64,000 nt of DNA from Eledone cirrhosa (taxonomy: Eukaryota). Both the position numbers and the translations under genes were made by a program. Within the stretch, counting starts at the first letter, position 1, and each line of letters begins with the position of its first letter. The DNA lies in assembly GCA_964016885.1 (NCBI GenBank), contig OZ024741.1, forward strand, positions 137,392,001 through 137,456,000. The letters are read 5' to 3'. This document shows positions 60,041-64,000 of the stretch, piece after piece. A model generated the notes under the pieces. The model was not told the origin of the DNA, ran no database searches, and saw only the letters and a program-made list of their open reading frames with translations.

Positions 60041-63000
60041 ATGGCCAATATAAGAGTTGGATGTGTGAACGTACGCGGCCTGGGGATGCCCTGGAAACAG
60101 GGCAAACTCTTAAACGACCTCAGGTCGCACAGTTTGGATGTGGTAGCCATTTGCGAGTCCAGGATCCACGGCGAGCGACAGCTGGCCCCCATCTTCGATG
60201 ACTTTGAGATCTACGCATCTCTCTGTCAACCGGGGGGTGGGGGCGGAGTTGCCGTTTTGCTGCGGAAACACCTGGGCCTCGTAACACAGACGGTACATCT
60301 GGACCCGGAGGGTCGACTGGTGGTCCTAGACGTTGACGGTAGTGAAGGTGGAGCGTTCAGGCTGGTGGCCGCATATGCCCCATCCGGGACACCGCGGCCA
60401 GACTTCTTCAAACGTCTAGAGACTTTTCTGGGAACGTCCCGCTCCTTGCTTTTAGTGGGGGACTGGAATGGAATCCTAGATGCACGTTGGGACTATGTGG
60501 GAGCATGTCCCGATAAAGGGGGGTGTAACAGCCTCAAACAGTTAATCGACCGATTTGACCTGGCCGATAGATATCGACTAGATTTTCCGACTGCGCCACT
60601 GTGGACGTGGAGTAATCGTAGCGGAACATCTAGATCGTACCTAGATAGGGTTCTAGTTAGAAATAAGGATAGGGACATGTTAAGCTGTCCACAAATGTTC
60701 ATGGTTGCCTATTCAGATCACAAACTAGTGACCTGCATGGCCAACCTTGATAGAACCCATAGACAAGGACCCGGCTACTGGAAGCTGAACTTGTCGTTAC
60801 CGACAAGCAAAGCCTACAGTAGACGGATTAGCACTTTAGTTAAACAGCACTTGACAGGGGCCATTGTCAACAACAGATGGTGGTACTCTCTCAAGAGGGC
60901 AGTTAGATTAGACTCGATAGTTTTTAGTAAAGAATTAGCGTTAGATAGAAATAGAACCGAGAAGGAACTGGCAGATAAAGTAGAAGAGGCTATTAGAAGT
61001 GGCAACGTAGCCAGCGTGCTAGCAACGCGAACGGCCTTGGACCAGTTCTTCGACGCAAAGCACGAGGGCTGCGTTGTCAGAAGCAAAATACGTGCTCTGG
61101 GAAACGAGGGAGCCAAAGCTGTTAGCTGGGCCCGAGTGACGGAGGCAAAAAGTGGCAACAAGTCCACGATTCGGTCTTTGAAGGACCAAAACGGACGCGT
61201 GATACGTGAGCCGAAGCAGATGTGTGCGGCTTTTCAGCGGTACTTTGCTCGGCTGTTCGGGGGGAGCGGCGCGCCGGGAGAGGCTATGGATTTCGGTCCA
61301 TACCTCGACGGCCTACCGCGACTCTCGGACAGCGAGGCGAAGTTCTGCGAAAAACCGATTTCAGCCACTGAGATAGGGGACGCGCTGAGCCAATGCGGAA
61401 AACGCAAATCTCCAGGTCTCGACGGTCTACCCTACGAATTTTACGTAGCAATGCCGGACTTATTCTCCGGTCTCCTGGAAGCGGTCTACTGCAACTGGCA
61501 ACAGAACGGGAGAATTCCCAGTTCTGTAACCGGGGGCGTGGTCACACTAATCAGGAAGGACGAGAATAAGGGGGATGACATAGGCAACTTCCGGCCCATA
61601 ACTCTGCTAAACACAGAGTTACAGATTTTGGCCAAGGTGTTGGCAAAGAGGCTGGCGCTTGTCGTCGAGAACCTGGTGGGAGAAGCGCAGACATGCGCGA
61701 TCCCGACCAGGTCCATACACGACAACCTCCACCTCATGCGATACATCATAGAGAGGGTAGGGTGTAAACCCGGCTTCGGTGGGGCCCTGATCAACTTGGA
61801 TCAGTCTAAGGCTTTCGATAGGGTTGACCATCGTTACCTGGATGCGGTGCTCGAGGCGGCAGGCTTCGGTCCCGTGTTCAGGGGCTGGATTGCTGCAATG
61901 CACAACAGCAACATCTGCTCAAGGGTCAAGGTGAACGGTTACCTCTCGGAGCCGTTCCATATTACGCGATCCATTCGACAGGGATGCCCTCTCTCCTCCC
62001 TTCTGTACGTACTGACTCTCGAGCCACTACTGCGGAAGCTGGAGCTATTGCAGGGAATCCCTCTGGAACCGGGACTGCGGAAAGCGGCGTCGGCCTACGC
62101 CGACGACGTGACAGTAATGGTGTCGAGCGCCTCGCAAATCGAGAAAGTCGGCACCTTACTAAAGGAATACGAAAGTCTCACAGGAGCGAAGCTGAACCGG
62201 GACAAGTCCATCGGTTTGCAACTCGGATCGTGGAGAGGCAGACCGATGCCTTCCGATGGCGTCGTCGGACGCTGGACGGAAGGACCGGTAAAGCTGCTCG
62301 GGGTCTGGTTTGGTCCGGACCTCCAGGTGGAGAAGAACTGGAACGAAGTGACGGCCAAGGTGTTTGCACTCACCCAGAAGTGGGCCGAGTGCAAACTATC
62401 CTTGAAAGGTCGAGCGGAGGTGGCGAACACTTTTATAGCGTCCGCCATCTACTACCGCTTGACCGTCGTGCCTTGTCCAGCCAAAACGCTCGCCAAAATG
62501 GAGCGCGCCCTCTTCCGATTCCTTTGGAAGAGGCGGGCTCCTTTGGTAAGAAGATCCATCTGCTGCCAACACCCTTCTAACGGAGGGCTGGGGATGCCGT
62601 GGCTGACGATGCGCAAACACGCGCTCAGGCTGCGGCATCTCTACGTATTCCTCACCGGACAACCGGTGTGGGACCCGTTCGTGAGGCGAGCCTTCCCACG
62701 ACTCGTCTCACTGACCGAGCTGCAGTCCTGGGTCAAGCAGAGACCGAGGAAAATGGGCGACTGGCACATCGAATGTGCTCAGGCGCTCACAGCCCTCTGG
62801 CAGGCGGACCCGGCGATCAGTGGAGACTCCACTTCGTCATTCTATAGAGGGTTGGTCCGCAGCAAGTGCGACGACGCGCTCGGTGAAACTCTAGGCGTGG
62901 AGGAAGATGAACTGGCCAGTCTGTTCGGTAGGACGTTCCGCCCGGGACCGATGGACAACTTCCAAAAGTCCCTGGCCTGGCAGTGCTACCGAGGAGCTCT

Positions 63001-63478
63001 ACCAGTTCGAGACAAGCTCTACAGACATGGGCGCCCGGGCAGGGACCCTGCAAAAAAGATCTGTCCGAGGTGCGTGCGAGACGAAGAAACCGTCGCGCAC
63101 GCATTCATACACTGCCCGGGCGTCACTGACCTGTGGGGCTATGTAGAACGACTATTGTCGCGGGTGGGACCAATCCAGTTGACCACCGAGTCCATTGTCA
63201 TGATCAAACCGCCACCCTCCTTCAAAAACGAAGGAGAGGCGGTTTTCCTTTGTGTGATAGCTATGACGAAAGAGGTTGTATGGTGGACAAGGTTGAAAGG
63301 GCTGAGGTCAGACACCTTTCTCTCCGGCCAACAACTGATTCTTTTTTTCAAATACCACTTTGGAAGAAGAATCAGGATGGAGAGAGAGGTGCTGTACCCC
63401 AGCAAGTTTTATGAAAGGTGGGTGAAAGTGGCGAGAATGGCCCGAGTGAATGGGCCTTCTCTCTATATCAGCCTGTAG
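60041..63478 (+). CDS. LINE ORF2: APE endonuclease, reverse transcriptase, C-terminal CCHC; intact, 1145 aa
   Basis: NVRGL, GDWN, LDR, SDH; KSPGLDG, FRPITLLN, LDQSKAFDRV, RQGCPLS, YADD; CPRC..ETVAHAFIHC. Confidence 0.95.
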   Translation: MANIRVGCVNVRGLGMPWKQGKLLNDLRSHSLDVVAICESRIHGERQLAPIFDDFEIYASLCQPGGGGGVAVLLRKHLGLVTQTVHLDPEGRLVVLDVDGSEGGAFRLVAAYAPSGTPRPDFFKRLETFLGTSRSLLLVGDWNGILDARWDYVGACPDKGGCNSLKQLIDRFDLADRYRLDFPTAPLWTWSNRSGTSRSYLDRVLVRNKDRDMLSCPQMFMVAYSDHKLVTCMANLDRTHRQGPGYWKLNLSLPTSKAYSRRISTLVKQHLTGAIVNNRWWYSLKRAVRLDSIVFSKELALDRNRTEKELADKVEEAIRSGNVASVLATRTALDQFFDAKHEGCVVRSKIRALGNEGAKAVSWARVTEAKSGNKSTIRSLKDQNGRVIREPKQMCAAFQRYFARLFGGSGAPGEAMDFGPYLDGLPRLSDSEAKFCEKPISATEIGDALSQCGKRKSPGLDGLPYEFYVAMPDLFSGLLEAVYCNWQQNGRIPSSVTGGVVTLIRKDENKGDDIGNFRPITLLNTELQILAKVLAKRLALVVENLVGEAQTCAIPTRSIHDNLHLMRYIIERVGCKPGFGGALINLDQSKAFDRVDHRYLDAVLEAAGFGPVFRGWIAAMHNSNICSRVKVNGYLSEPFHITRSIRQGCPLSSLLYVLTLEPLLRKLELLQGIPLEPGLRKAASAYADDVTVMVSSASQIEKVGTLLKEYESLTGAKLNRDKSIGLQLGSWRGRPMPSDGVVGRWTEGPVKLLGVWFGPDLQVEKNWNEVTAKVFALTQKWAECKLSLKGRAEVANTFIASAIYYRLTVVPCPAKTLAKMERALFRFLWKRRAPLVRRSICCQHPSNGGLGMPWLTMRKHALRLRHLYVFLTGQPVWDPFVRRAFPRLVSLTELQSWVKQRPRKMGDWHIECAQALTALWQADPAISGDSTSSFYRGLVRSKCDDALGETLGVEEDELASLFGRTFRPGPMDNFQKSLAWQCYRGALPVRDKLYRHGRPGRDPAKKICPRCVRDEETVAHAFIHCPGVTDLWGYVERLLSRVGPIQLTTESIVMIKPPPSFKNEGEAVFLCVIAMTKEVVWWTRLKGLRSDTFLSGQQLILFFKYHFGRRIRMEREVLYPSKFYERWVKVARMARVNGPSLYISL

Positions 63479-63724
63479 GTTGAGGAAAAGGAGGAGGAGA
63501 GGAAAGGAGTACAAGCTCTTCGTACTCCTGGAGATGAGGGTTGCACATTTTTTTTCGGGGGTATGTGTTACCCATATAAACTGTCTCCCTCTATTGGGGA
63601 AAATCGACTAACTTTTAAATTCCATCTGTGATAACATTTTACACGTTTTTATTGTATGTAAACTTCCCCCTTTGTATTTGTCCCCTTCTTTTGTGCCCCT
63701 GTGGCTAATAAAGAAATATATCTA

Positions 63725-64000
63725 TCTAAGGCATTTGATAGGGCCGACCATCAATACTTGGAAGCAGTTCTCAAGGTGGCCGGCATCGGTCCCGTCTTCA
63801 GAGGCTGGATCGCTGCCATGCACACCAGCATCTGCTCGGCAGTCAAGGTGAATGGCCACCTATCAGAGCCATTCCAAATCGCGTTCCATCCGTCAGGAAT
63901 GCCCTCTCTCCTCCATTCTGTATGTACTGACCCTCGAGACGTTACTGCGGAAGTTGGAGTTGTTGCAGGGCATCCCGATCGAACCAGGACTGCAGAAAGC
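63725..64000 (+). mobile_element. 5'-truncated, diverged Tx1-type RT fragment continuing beyond the window
   Basis: TCTAAGGCATTTGATAGGG... aligns to 61805 onward. Confidence 0.9.

Larger units (their letters stand above)
57873..63718 (+). mobile_element. Full-length Tx1/L1-type non-LTR retrotransposon in (TATC)n
   Basis: 5' UTR, ORF1, ORF2, 3' UTR with AATAAA at 63707; (TATC)n at 57745-57872 and TATCTATCTA at 63719-63728. Confidence 0.95.

Noticed and set aside
60110-63514. Antisense and alternate-frame ORFs within LINE ORF2, and equivalents at 10611-14260
   Set aside because: Expected by-products of a GC-rich coding sequence; no motifs

Overview
Eukaryotic, AT-rich DNA saturated with microsatellites. 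No host gene can be supported, and most ORF-track entries are translations of simple repeats. The repeat content suggests an octopus/cephalopod genome, which is inference only. Main contents: (1) a near-intact Tx1/L1-type LINE (~57873-63718, 1145-aa APE-RT ORF2), a chimeric decayed relative (8583-14367) and a third 5'-truncated copy (63725-end), all abutting (TATC)n; (2) many Penelope-like element (PLE) relics embedded in (TA)n as fold-back structures, with GIY-YIG and linker fragments; (3) about ten distinct type I hammerhead ribozyme (HHR) motifs, most foldable by eye into stems I-III. Several short insertions begin at or next to the predicted self-cleavage site, and two unrelated motifs use a U3-A8 core; (4) an R4/Dong-type RLE LINE fragment, many Nin-domain tRNA SINEs with 15-16 bp TSDs at ATTA, other SINEs, an RTE fragment, a TA-flanked MITE, a Helitron-like element and several minisatellites. 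All coordinates and folds were read by eye and may be off by a few bases.
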